From assembly GCA_951406725.2 (NCBI GenBank), contig OX597837.1, forward strand, positions 13,020,001-13,084,000: a stretch of DNA of 64,000 bases, written 5' to 3'. Origin of the DNA: Octopus vulgaris (taxonomy: Eukaryota). Under the pieces are notes generated by a model. It had not been told where the DNA came from, made no database searches, and worked only from the letters and a program-made list of their open reading frames with translations. A program made the position numbers and the translations under genes. Shown here piece by piece: positions 1-31,126 of this stretch (position 1 is its first letter; each line of letters opens with the position of its first letter).

Positions 1-16599
<16,599 letters not shown>

Positions 16600-17516
16600 T
16601 TTGTTTTTTGAATATCCCTTATGGTAAATCGTCCCCTAAATTGAGGTGTCATGTAAGAAACGCTCCTTGCTCTCCTTTCAATATCGGTCATAATAGCAGT
16701 TATTAGTCGTAGCTGTGGTGGTTCTGATGTAGTAGACATCTCCATGCATTTCTCTTTCCTTTTCCACTTATTAAACAAGCTAAAGGCGCCTGGCTTTGCA
16801 GTTAGAGGTGTTCAGCAAGCTAGCAGAATCGTTAGCACGCCGGGCAAAATGCGTAGCTGTAATTCGTCTGCCGTAACATTCTGAGTTCAAATTCCGCCAA
16901 GGTCGACTTTGCTTTTCATCCTTTCGGGGTCGATAAATTAAGCACTGTGTCTGTCCTTGTTTGTCCTCTCTGTGTTTAGCCCCTTGTGGGCAGTAAAGAA
17001 ATAGGTATTTCGTTTGCTGTTACGTTCTGAATTCAAATTCCGCCGAGGTCGACTTTGCTTTTCACCCTTTCGGGGTCGATAAATTAAGCACTGGGGTCGA
17101 TATAATCGACTTAATCCATGTGTCTGTCCTTGTTTGTCCTCTCTGTGTTTAGCCCCTTGAGGGCAGTAAAGAAATAGGTGTTCAGCTCAGAATCCCACCA
17201 ACATTCAGTTCACAGCAGTGTATCGTGTCTCTTGAGCAAGACACTTTATTTCACGTTGCTCCAGATGTACCAGTAATTCAAAGGGGGCCAACCTTGTCGC
17301 ATTCTGTGTCATGCTGATTCTCACCGAGAACTACATTAATGTTATGCATGTCTGTGGAGTACTCAACCACCTGTACATTAATTTTCCAAACAGACAGGAA
17401 CCCTCATAGGAATGTCAGTGAAGACGGTAGAATCCGCTTTGAAGATTTCGCTACTGTTTCTAGCAGGTCGAACTACTGCTTGGCGGTTGTTTCCTTAGTC
17501 AGGCTGTTGTTGTTGC

Positions 17517-17550
<34 letters not shown>

Positions 17551-17722
17551 ATTGTTCCTTTCCATTTTTCTTTTTCTTTTTTTTTGCTTTATTCTTGTTT
17601 TTGTTTTTTCCTCAAATACTCTTGAATTTCCTTAGATTCTCCCTTCAAACAGAGATAAAGAAGTTACTACTACAACTACTACCACCACCACCACCACCAC
17701 CACCACCACCACCACCACCACC

Positions 17723-17824
<102 letters not shown>

Positions 17825-18879
17825 ACTACCTTCACGCCTCCACACCTGCCTCCTCCACCCCTGTCACCACTGCTGCAGCTTTTGTTTGTCAAGGAGTGTC
17901 ATGTGTGGTACACATATTTTGTTGTCAGCAGGTTGGAATGGTGGTGGTGGCGCTGGTGGTGGCGATGGTGGTGGTGGTGGTGGTTGCGGGCGGTGGTATT
18001 GTGTGATTAGGCAAGAGAGAGAATGTGTGGTGGGATGTTTTTATTTACAGATCCTTTACACAAGTTTATTTATTTATTTTTCCCTTTCTCTCTCTTTATA
18101 ATTCCTAGTAAAAACACCATTGAAAGATATATATAAAAAAAAAAAGAAATGAGAGAAAAAAAAAGGAGAAAAGTGAATGTGTAGGGCAGTGCTTTTCAAA
18201 CTTTTTTTCACGTTGCTCCAGATGTACCAGTAATTCAAAGGGGGCCAACCTTGTCGCATTCTGTGTCATGCTGAATACCCCCGAGCAACTACATTTAATG
18301 TTATGCATGTCTGTGGAGTACTCAACCAACCTGTACATTAATTTTCCAAACGCGTGGCATCTTGGGCAAGTGTCTTCTGCTATAGCCCCGGGCCGACCAA
18401 TGCCTTGTGAGTGGATTTGGTAGACGGAAACTGAAAGAAGCCTGTCGTATATATGTAATATATATATATGTATAGCGGTTCGGCAAAAAGAGACCGATAG
18501 AATAAGTACTGGGCTTACAAAAGAATAAGTCCCGGGGTTGAGTTGCTCGATTAAAGGCGGTGTTCCAGCATGGCCGCAGTCAAATGACTGAAACAAGTAA
18601 AAAAGAAAAGAAAAAAAGAAATATCTGCACAGGAGAATTAAAAATTACTGACGATTTTAGCAGTTTTGTAACTTCTTGCGGAACCCCTGGACTGTACTGG
18701 CGGAACCCTAAGGTTCCGCAGAACCCTGGTTGAAAACCACTGAAGTAAGGCATAGGAAGGTGGAGGGGGAAGTACGCATCGTACTAGCCGCATCTCTGTG
18801 GTTGGGACCCGCAAGCTCAAGTTGAGACAGAAAGCTAACCACATCAAGGCCCCTTCTGATTATGTACATGTATGTGTGT

Positions 18880-20050
18880 ATAAGAGAGAGAAAGAAAAAG
18901 GGGACAGAGAGAGAAAGAAAGAAAAAAAGGGAGAGGAAGAAAGAAAAAGAGGGAGGGAGAAAGAAAGAGAAAAAGAAAAAAGGGACAGAGAGAGAAAGAA
19001 AGAAAAAGAGGGAGAGAAAGAAAGAAAAAGAGGGAGAGGAAGAAAGAAAAAGAGGGAGGGAGAAAGAGAGAAAGAAAGAGAAAAAGGGACAGAGAGAAAG
19101 AGAGAAAGAAAAAGAGGAAGAGAGAAAGAAAGAGAAAAAGAAAAAAGGGACAGAGAGAGAAAGAAAGAAAAAGAGGGAGAGGAAGAAAGAAAAAGAGGGA
19201 GGGAGAAAGAAAGAGAAAAAGAAAAAAAGGGACAGAGAGAGAAAGAGAGAAAGAAAAAGGGAGAGAGAGAGAAAGAAAGAAAAAAGGGACAGAGAGAGAA
19301 AGAAAAAGAGGGAGAGAGAGAGAAAGAGAGAAAGAAAAAGGGAGAGAGAGAGAAAGAGAGAAAGAAAAAGAGGAAGAGAGAAAGAAAGAGAAAAAGAAAA
19401 AAGGGACAGAGAGAGAAAGAGAGAAAGAAAAAGGGAGAGAGAGAGAAAGATAGAAAGAAAAAGAGGGAGAGAGAGAGAAAGAAAGAGATAGAGAAAGAGA
19501 GAAAGAAAAAGAGGGAGAGAGAAAGAAAAAGAGGGAGAGAGAGAAAGAGAGAAAGAAAAAGGGAGAGAGAGAGAGAAAGAAAGAAAAAAAGGGAGAGAAA
19601 GAAAGAAAAAGAGGGAGGGAGAAAGAAAGAGACAGAAAGAGGGAGAGAGAGAAAGAGAGAAAGAAAAAGGGAGAGAGAGAGAAAGAGAGAAAGAAAAAGG
19701 GAGAGAGAGAGAAAGATAGAAAGAAAAAGAGGAAGAGAGAAAGAAAGAGAAAAAGAAAAAAGGGACAGAGAGAGAAAGAGAGAAAGAAAAAGGGAGAGAG
19801 AGAGAAAGATAGAAAGAAAAAGAGGGAGAGAGAGAGAAAGAAAGAGATAGAGAAAGAGAGAAAGAAAAAGAGGGAGAGAGAGAAAGAGAGAAAGAAAAAG
19901 AGGGAGAGAGAGAGAAAGAAAGAGAGAAAGAAAAAGAGGGAGAGAGAGAAAGAGAGAAAGAAAAAAAGAGAGAGAAAGAAAAAGAGAAAGAGAGAAAGAA
20001 AAAGAGAAAGAGAGAGACAGAGAGACAGAGGGAGAGCAAACTGAGAGAGA
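18880..20050. repeat. About 1.17 kb polypurine (A/G) low-complexity tract
   Basis: Nearly pure A/G on plus with recurring agggacagagagagaaag units. Confidence 0.95.
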
Positions 20051-20818
20051 GGGGTTTGTGTTGAGCATACCCTACAGTAGAATCTTTAGCTTTCTTCTTG
20101 AGCTTCTGATTGTTGTGTTGTAATAAATATGCTGAAAGGCGTGGGAAGGAGTGGAGCATATTGTAAGACATGTGAACTGGGAGAGTAAAACTGGGGCAAT
20201 CATTGTAAATTCAATTTTAGATCATTTCTAAGAATCATTGGACCAAGAAATGAAAAAAACCAACCGTCCATAAACTTCCTGTCAGTTTTGTTATTTTTAT
20301 CTTTATTCTTTTTGAATTTTTTTTTTTGTTTGTCTCTGTTGCGTACCTGGCGGCACCCATCCAGGTGACAAGGATTGGAAACCCCGAAGCCCCTTTCGGT
20401 TATAATGCATTAAAGTATTACTCTACAGTTGTATTGAATCCTATAATTTATCACTTCTGGTGACTCAACAGAGATTTATAAACACCATCATCATCATCAT
20501 CATCATTTAGGGTTCATTTTCCATGCTGGCATGGGTCGGACAGTTTGACCGGAGCTGGCAAAACCAGAAAGTTGTACTGGGTTCCAGTCTGGTTTGACCT
20601 CGTTTCTATGGCTGGATGCCCTTCCTAATGCCAACCAGAGTGTGGTGGGTCCTTTTTACGTGGCACCAGCTCAGGGCTCATGCAGACCAATCCTTTTCAC
20701 TGTTGCAGAGGATGGCTCTTCTTGAGTACAACAATGCCCCAGGTATCTCCGTTCTGTGTCATCTTTATATATATGTATATATACACACACACACATATAT
20801 ATATATACATATACATAC

Positions 20819-20923
<105 letters not shown>

Positions 20924-21406
20924 TGGATACTAAACTCTGCTTGCAAAGACCTGTTGAAGCAAGTGAAATCAAAATCAAATTTGAAGACTGGCATCCGTGC
21001 TAGTGGAGCACTAAGAGCACCATCCGAGTGGGATCATTGCCAGAGCAGCTGACTGGCTTCTGTGTTGGTGGCATGTAAAAAGCACCATTCGAGCATGACC
21101 GTCACCAGCGTTGCCTTACTGGCACTTGTGTCGGTGGCATGTAAAAAGCACCATTCGAGCGAGGTTGTTGCCAGTGCCGCCGAATTTGCTCCTGTACAGG
21201 TGGCACATAAAAGTTCTGCCTGACTGGTCCTTGTGCCAGTGGCGCGTAAAAGCACCCACTACACTCTTGGAGTGGTTGGCATTAGGAAGGGCATCCAGCT
21301 GTAGAAAATCTGCCAAATCAGACTGGAGCCTGGCGCAGCCATCTGGTTCACCAGTCCTCAGTCAAAATCGTCCAACCCATGCTAGCATGGAAAGCAGACT
21401 TTAAAC

Positions 21407-21445
<39 letters not shown>

Positions 21446-22429
21446 ATATATATATATAGGAGCACTCCGTCGGTTGCGACGATGAGGGTCCCAGCTGATA
21501 CGATCAATGGAACAGCTTGCTCGTGATATTAACGTGCAAGTGGCTGAGCACTCCACAGACACGTGTACCCTTAACGTAGTTCTCGAGGAGATTCAGCGTG
21601 ACACACAGAATGTGACAAGGCTGGCCCCTTGAAATACAGGTACAAGAGAAACAGGAAGAAAGAGCGAGAGAAAGTTGTGGTGAAAGAGTACAACAGGGTT
21701 CACCACCACCCCCTGTCGGAGCCTCGTGAGCTTTAGGTGTTTTCGCTCAATAAACACTCACAATGCCCGGTCTGGGAATCGAAACCGCAATCCTCCGACC
21801 ATGAGTCCGTTGCCCTAACCACTGGACCATTGTGCCTCCACATATATATATGTGTGTGTGTATATATATATATAGTTGTTGCATGCCAACGAAGCATACA
21901 CACACACACATTTACACATTTACATGGCAAATAAAATGTTTAGTTGTTGCAGAAAATGATAGTGATGGTGGTGGTGATGGTTGCAGTGGCGGTGATGGTG
22001 GTGGTGGTGTGTTGGTAGATGGTGGTGTTGATGGCATTGCTGGTTCTGGTGGTGACGCATCAGAAGAGATATATGTCTGTCCTGCTCTCATGTGGATCCC
22101 TTCACCTCTCTCCACATACCTGGGAATTTGATACCTTGCAGGATATCCTACCTGAAGAATCATCAACTTAGGTTTTCCCACCTGAAAATTCCTGTCATCC
22201 AGGTAAGGTCACATTGCAATTCTTCAGGTAATATTCCTTTTTCTTTGGTTTTCTCTTTCTTCTCATGTTATATTTATCTATTTTCAGTCACTGGACCGCT
22301 GCCATGCTGGAGCACTGCCCTGAAAAGTTTTGTAAAACAATTTAGTTCTAGTACTTATCTTAAAGTCTGCTACTTACTCTAATAAACCATAAGTTTTAAG
22401 TACAAACCAATTTAATTCAATCAATTAAT

Positions 22430-22540
22430 ATAATTAATGTTTTGTTCCAGTATCTTCTGCCATCTTGTGAGCAGATCCATTATTCCTTGCTCAAAGAATT
22501 TCTTGTCTTCTCAGCAAAAAACTCCTCCAGGTAAATTTTT
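22430..22540 (-). mobile_element. Mariner transposase remnant
   Basis: Frameshifted YLEEFFAEK / DKKFFEQGIMDLLTRWQKILEQ, homologous to the C-terminus at 2270-2385. Confidence 0.7.
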
Positions 22541-22885
22541 ACACTTTACTGAGCATGTTCTGTTGAGTCTGGGGAGAGTCATTTTCTTTTTGTGCCTTAT
22601 AATGTAACTCACTCACCGGCAAAATTTCAATTGTCAAGACTATTGAAAAGGTTGCAAGACGCAATGAAAATTTTAGGAAAATGAAAATAAGAAATAAGTG
22701 GAAATTTTACCGGTGAGCGTGTAACATTATAAGGCACAAAAAGAAAATTACTCTCCCCAGACACAACAGAATAAAAGAAATCGAATGCGACCGTACGACA
22801 GGCACCCTTGCCAACCCCCCTTTGCTTGTGAAGACATGTTGGGGCAAGCGAAACCGAAATCGAATTGAACCAGCCAGGAGTTTAA

Positions 22886-22935
<50 letters not shown>

Positions 22936-23464
22936 CGCACACATGCATCTGTGGAAATTAACACCATGTAAACTGGACTGCTTTTTGTATGTATGTGCAA
23001 ATATTTAATGCCTTGCATAATACTGTGGTATTATGTTGGTCCCTAGTTTTGCTACTATATTGCTAATTATGTGATGTATGTATTGTTTTATTAGTATTAA
23101 TGTTATTAGAAATAAGAACAATGATATTGGTAGCATTAATGATGTTGATAACAGTATTGATGTTAACATTAATGACTTTTTGTAAATTAGTATTAGGTAA
23201 TACTGACTCTATATATCTGCATTGAAGTATGAATATGTCTATGTTCTCTACGTTGTAATATCTTAATATTAAGTTGAAAAACATTGAATATGGAACATAT
23301 ATATATATTTTATTGATTTATATTATTTGTATTATTATGTATATGTATATGTGTATGTATAAGAGTATGAGTATATGCACTCATATATATATGTAAATGA
23401 TTTATTATGGGTATGTACCCACACTTATATGAGTATATATGTGTAATTTGGTTTATACTTTAGA

Positions 23465-23591
23465 ATCTCCGAAGAGGCCTTAAGATATCTTTGTAAATGT
23501 CTCATTTTTAACTTCATATTGGCATACTATACATGGCTAATATAGGTAAAATGAGGCATATTTATCTGCATGGCCGAAACAGCTGTAAGAT
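23465..23591 (+). ncRNA. Variant hammerhead-like motif in a Penelope-like remnant
   Basis: atct-CCGAAGA-ggcc...ggcc-GAAAC-agct-GTA-agat; U4-to-C core change and a long loop II. Confidence 0.55.
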
Positions 23592-23812
23592 ATAGTGTAT
23601 ATTTATATTTATATCTATTTATATTTATTTATTTATATCCTCTTATAATGATTGTACCTATTGTATTGTATTACTCATTCATGTACGCTGTTTAGTTATG
23701 TATTTTTATGTTTAACCTTAACGTTCTTATGTAGTGGTTCAATAAAGTATGTGATTGGGTATAATCTGGTAGTTGATTAATGATTTAGATGTATTTCTCC
23801 ATTTTCTGATTT

Positions 23813-23900
<88 letters not shown>

Positions 23901-24069
23901 CGCAGGAGTGGCTGTGTGGTAAGTAGCTTGCTAACCAACCACATGATTCCGGGTTCAGTTCCACTGCATGGCATCTTGGGCAAATGTCTTCTACTATAGC
24001 CCCGGGCTGACCAATGCCTTGTGAGTGGATTTGGTAGACGGAAACTGAAAGAAGCCTGTCGTATATATC

Positions 24070-24106
<37 letters not shown>

Positions 24107-25084
24107 TTGTGTGTCTGTGTTTGTCCCCCTAGCATTGCTTGACAACTGATGCTGGTGTGTTTACGTCCCCGTCACTTAGCGGTTCGGCAAAAAAGAGACC
24201 GATAGAATAAGTACTGGGCTTACAAAAGAATAAGTCCCGGGGTCGATTTGCTCGACTAAAGGCGGTGCTCCAGCATGGCTGCAGTCAAATGACTGAAACA
24301 AGTAAAAGAGTTAAAAGAGTTATATATATATACATATACATATATATATGTATGTATGTATATGGTGGTGGTGGTGGCGATGGAGGAGGAGGAGTTTTCC
24401 AGATGAGTTGATATGATGAATGGAACTTTCTTGTTTGCTTCTCACTCTCGTTGTTATTGTTATTTTTCATTTTTATTGCAACCATAGCCTTTATTTTCCT
24501 TGTTGTTGATGTTGTTGTTGCTGTCATATATCATTGCAACTAAGTCGGTCGTATTGTTTGGTGGAGAAAGTGACTGCGTAAAGCAGGTTAACTTTTTTTT
24601 AACTATCTGTCTCTTTTGCTGGGTGGGTTTTTATTATACTCTGAAAAAAGAAAAAAATTTAAATAAATATATAAATAGATAAATAAATAAAGAGTGTCTT
24701 TTTTTTTTTTTAAATACAATATTGTAAGTAACAAAAAAAAAAGTGGATCGACTTTTAATGGGGTGGGTCAACTAGAAAACAGGGTAGAATGATAAGATCA
24801 AGAAAAACAAGCCTCAAAGCTTGGTAAACACAACACAAACACACAGAGATTCCAAAACATATTACACTTTAACAATAAACAATAACAACAACTGCATTAA
24901 TATTGGTTTCAAATTTCGGCACAAGGCCAGCAATTTCGGTGGGAGGGGTAAGTGTCCAACTAGTATTTATTTTATCAGTCCTAAAAGGATGTCAGGTAAA
25001 GTTGACCTTGGTGAGGTTTAAACTGAGTGCAAAGCCTGATGGAATGTTCATCAGCATTTTGTCCAGCATTCTAACAATTCTGCC

Positions 25085-25690
25085 AGCTCACCTATTTCTT
25101 TACTACCCACAAGGGGCTAAACACAGAGGGGACAAACAACGACAGACACACGGAGTAAGTCGATTACATCGACCCCAGTGCGTAACTGGTACTTATTTAA
25201 TCGACCCCGAAAGGATGAAAGGCAAAGTCAACCTCGGCAGAATTTGAACCCAGAATGTACCAGCAGACGAAATACCTATTTCTTTACTACCCACAAGGGG
25301 CTAAACACAGAGGGGACAAACAAGGACAGACACACGGATTAAGTTGATTACATCGACCCCAGTGTGTAACTGGTACTTATTTAATCAACCCCGAAAGGAT
25401 GAAAGGCAAAGTCAACCTCGTCAGAATTTGAACCCAGAATGTACAAGCAGACGAAATACCTATTTCTCTACTACTCACAAGGGGCTAAACACAGAGGGGA
25501 CAAACAAGGACAGACAAAGGGATTAAGTCGATTACATCGACCCCAGTGCATAACTGGTACTTATTTAATCGATCCCGAAAGGATGAAAGGCAAAGTCGAC
25601 CTCGGTGGAATTTGAACTCAGAATGTAGCAGCAGGCAAAATACCGCTAAGCATTTCGCCCGGCGTACTAACGTTTCTGCCAGCTCACCAC
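25085..25690 (-). mobile_element. tRNA-derived SINE family B, tandem of about three ~180-bp units
   Basis: Repeated tactacccacaaggggctaaacacagagggg..ccccgaaaggatgaaaggcaaagtc; same family at 3090, 16810, 37020, 39710, 43690 and 48190. Confidence 0.85.
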
Positions 25691-26834
25691 CTTAGCTTGG
25701 TCCTATATTTGTTTCAGATTTTACTACAAGACAAGGAACTTCAGTGGGAGGGGTCTGTTGACCACACGGAACCCGGTGCTCAACTGGTACTTCATTTATT
25801 GAAGCTGAAAGGATAAAAGGCAAAGCTGACCTTAGTGGAATTTGAACTCAGAACATAAATACAGATGAAATGCAGCTACGAATTTTGCCTGACACACTAA
25901 TGATTCTACCAGTTCCCTGCCTTCCAAATGCATCAATGCTGGTTTCAAATCTCAGTCAGTCAGCTATACTGACCCCAGTGCTCATCGTTTTCCTGGTCGT
26001 CATTGCTGTCATGACACTTGTTTTTGCTGTTTTATGATTTTTTGGCTACCCCCAGCGGCAACAGGTACCACACCCCGTTCAAGATTTACTGGTGAACTTC
26101 CTTGTCTGCAGTCGTTTGTCATTCGAGCAAGAGGTAGGAGGAGAGTCACACATGCTTACTCTTCAAACCACTCCTCCTTTTAAACCTGGGTTTGTTGGAG
26201 CATGAAAAAACGTTTGAAACAGAAAACATGACACTTTTATATCTTTTACTTGTTTCAGTCATTGGACTGTGGCCATGCTGGGGCACTGCCTTAAAGAGAT
26301 TTAGTTGAAAAAACTGACCCAAGGACTTATTTTTTTTAAAAATCTGGTATATTCTGGGTTCAGTCCCACTGTGTGACACCTTGGGCAAGTGTCTTTTATT
26401 ACAGCCTCAGGCCAACCAAAAACTTGTGAGTGGATTTGGTAGACTGAAACTGAAAGTAGCCCGTTGTATATATATGTGTGTTTGTGTGTGTGTGTTTTTG
26501 TGTGTGTGCGTGTGTGTGTGTGTTTGTGTTTCTCCCCTACCATCGCTTGACAACCTATGTTGGTGTGTTTACTTCCCCTGTAACATAGTGGTTCGGCAAA
26601 AGGAGACCAATAGAATAAGTACTAGGCATACAAAGAATAAGCCCTGGGATCGATTTGCTCGACTAAAGGCTGTGCTCCAGCATGGCTGCAATCAAATGAC
26701 TGAAACAAGAAAAAGAATAAAAAGACATTGGTCTTTTTTTTTCTTAGCTGAACGACCAAGTTACTGGGACATAAATGAACCAACACCCATTATCAAGTGG
26801 TGGTGAAGGATAAACACAAATCTGCACATACATA

Positions 26835-26975
26835 CCCCGGATTCCTTCCACTGTTTTGGAGTGGCACTTCTTTACAAAGCTCTCCTCGTCCATCCACAGT
26901 ACATGACCAAACCAGCGCAAACATGTCTAGCATTTCTCTCAGGGCACTTACACTCTGTCGTGTGTGCACACTGAC
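26835..26975 (-). mobile_element. RTE-clade LINE fragment
   Basis: SVSALREML / LRWFGHVLWMDEESFVKKC..VEGIRG, the RTE ORF C-terminal motif. Confidence 0.75.
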
Positions 26976-27029
26976 ATTACACATCCAATACATATATATA
27001 TTAATTGAAATGTACAGTATTATATATCC

Positions 27030-27326
27030 ACTAGCACTATCGCCCGGCGTTGCTCGGGTTTTGTAAGGGAAATAACTATATAAGCATTTTTAGAGAGTTA
27101 CTTTCCTTATATAAACCGAGCAAAAAATGCAGAAAAATGATGGTTAATTTTTTTTTAAATCGTAGACTCATCGTAGACACGCGCTAGTACCCAGAAGGGC
27201 TCGATATGAATCACGACTATAAGATACCCACTTTTGGTTAAACTGCACCGCAAAATGTGGGAGTAGGTAGGAATATAAATCAGAGTAGACAGACACACAC
27301 ACAACTTCAGTTTTATATATAAAGAT
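27030..27326 (-). mobile_element. Non-autonomous Helitron-like element, shorter copy
   Basis: Same termini and body as 6813-7212 with an internal deletion. Confidence 0.7.
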
Positions 27327-27572
27327 TAGAGCCAATCTTATGGATTCCATAACTGTCATCTCTGAAGAGCACAGAGTTACACAAGTGGGTTGTTCTGTAG
27401 AACTCTGTTGAATCCCTAGTGTGAAACTGATTGCTAAGACCAGCCGTAATGGATATATAATACTACCCACTCCTAGAATTTATTCTTTACTGAACGGCTA
27501 AGTTATGGGGACGTAAATACACCAACACCAGTTGTGGAGCTGTAGTGAGGGTCAAACACAGACACAAAGACA

Positions 27573-27619
<47 letters not shown>

Positions 27620-28499
27620 TTAGTAGAAATATAAAAAAATCCAGAGGAGAAGCACATTCTAAGATGTAGAGCAGTTAACATTATAGTGTGACAGACCAGT
27701 TTATGGGGTTACCCTGGGCTTCTTGCTCATCGGGGGTTTAGCCTTACAGACCCCAAAGCTTACTCTCTCTTTACTCTCTTTTACCTGTTTCAGTCATTTG
27801 ACTGCGGCCATGCTGGAGCACCGCCTTTAATCGAGCAACTCGACCCCGGGACTTATTCTTTTTTGTAAGCCCAGTACTTATTCTATCGAACTCTTTTGCC
27901 GAACTGCTAAGTATCGGGGACACAAACACACCAGCATCGGTTGTCAAGCAATGCTAGGGGGACAAACACAGATACACAAACATACACACACACACATATA
28001 CGATGGGCTTCTTTCAGTTTCCATCTACCAAATCCACTCACAAGGCATTGGTCGGCCTGGGCTATAGTATAAGACACTTGCCCAAGATGCCACGCAGTGG
28101 GACTGAACCCGGAACCATGTGGTTGGTTAGCAAGCTACTTACCACACAGCCATTCCTGCGCCTATTACAATAAAACTTAACAATTTTCTTTAAAAATGAA
28201 GGAGAGATGCTAAAATATATCAGAGAATTTTGATTCCTGCAGACGATTGTATACAGACAGACAGACAGACGGACGGATGGACGGACGGACGGATGGACTG
28301 ACGGACAGACAGTATGTATACTTCTTAATGTATTTGTCTGTTGAACAGCTTGATGTATGTTTTTATCACACACAACATTACCTTCTGACATGCTTCCTTC
28401 ATTCGCTTCTCCAAGACACCCAGAACTCGCAAAGTTTAACGACTTCACAATTGTTTACGAAGAATTAAAATGATGTATCAAGTTTTTAAAAAATATAAC

Positions 28500-30755
<2,256 letters not shown>

Positions 30756-31094
30756 CAATAACAATAACAAAAGACAAAAAAAAAGCAAAGAAAGCATCCC
30801 TGAATTAAAAGTAAATAAATAACTTCTGAAACTCCATACTGATTAATTTGTGGACAAACAAATCAAGGGATGTTAATGAGAGTTTGGAATCCTCCCGTGT
30901 TTGAAATAAGGAAAAATCAATAGCATGTGATAACTATTACATCTTTGATTTATTTATCATTGATCTGTTTACTCTAGACTTGTAATGTCTCCCATAAGAA
31001 CAGACAACTTATTTTAACATGATGTCCTTCCATAGATTTGTCACCTATACTTATTTTGTACGCACGTGCACACACACACCGCACACTAAGTATA

Positions 31095-31126
<32 letters not shown>

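Noticed and set aside
18708-20171. 350-487 aa ORFs rich in S/L/F or R/K/E
   Set aside because: Stop-free only because the tract is A/G on one strand and C/T on the other
22451-22530. Plus-strand exon with good-looking splice sites
   Set aside because: Reverse strand is a mariner transposase remnant
26793-26993. Candidate exon VHTRQSVSALREML with a gtatgt donor
   Set aside because: An alternate frame gives the RTE motif LRWFGHV; it is a LINE fragment
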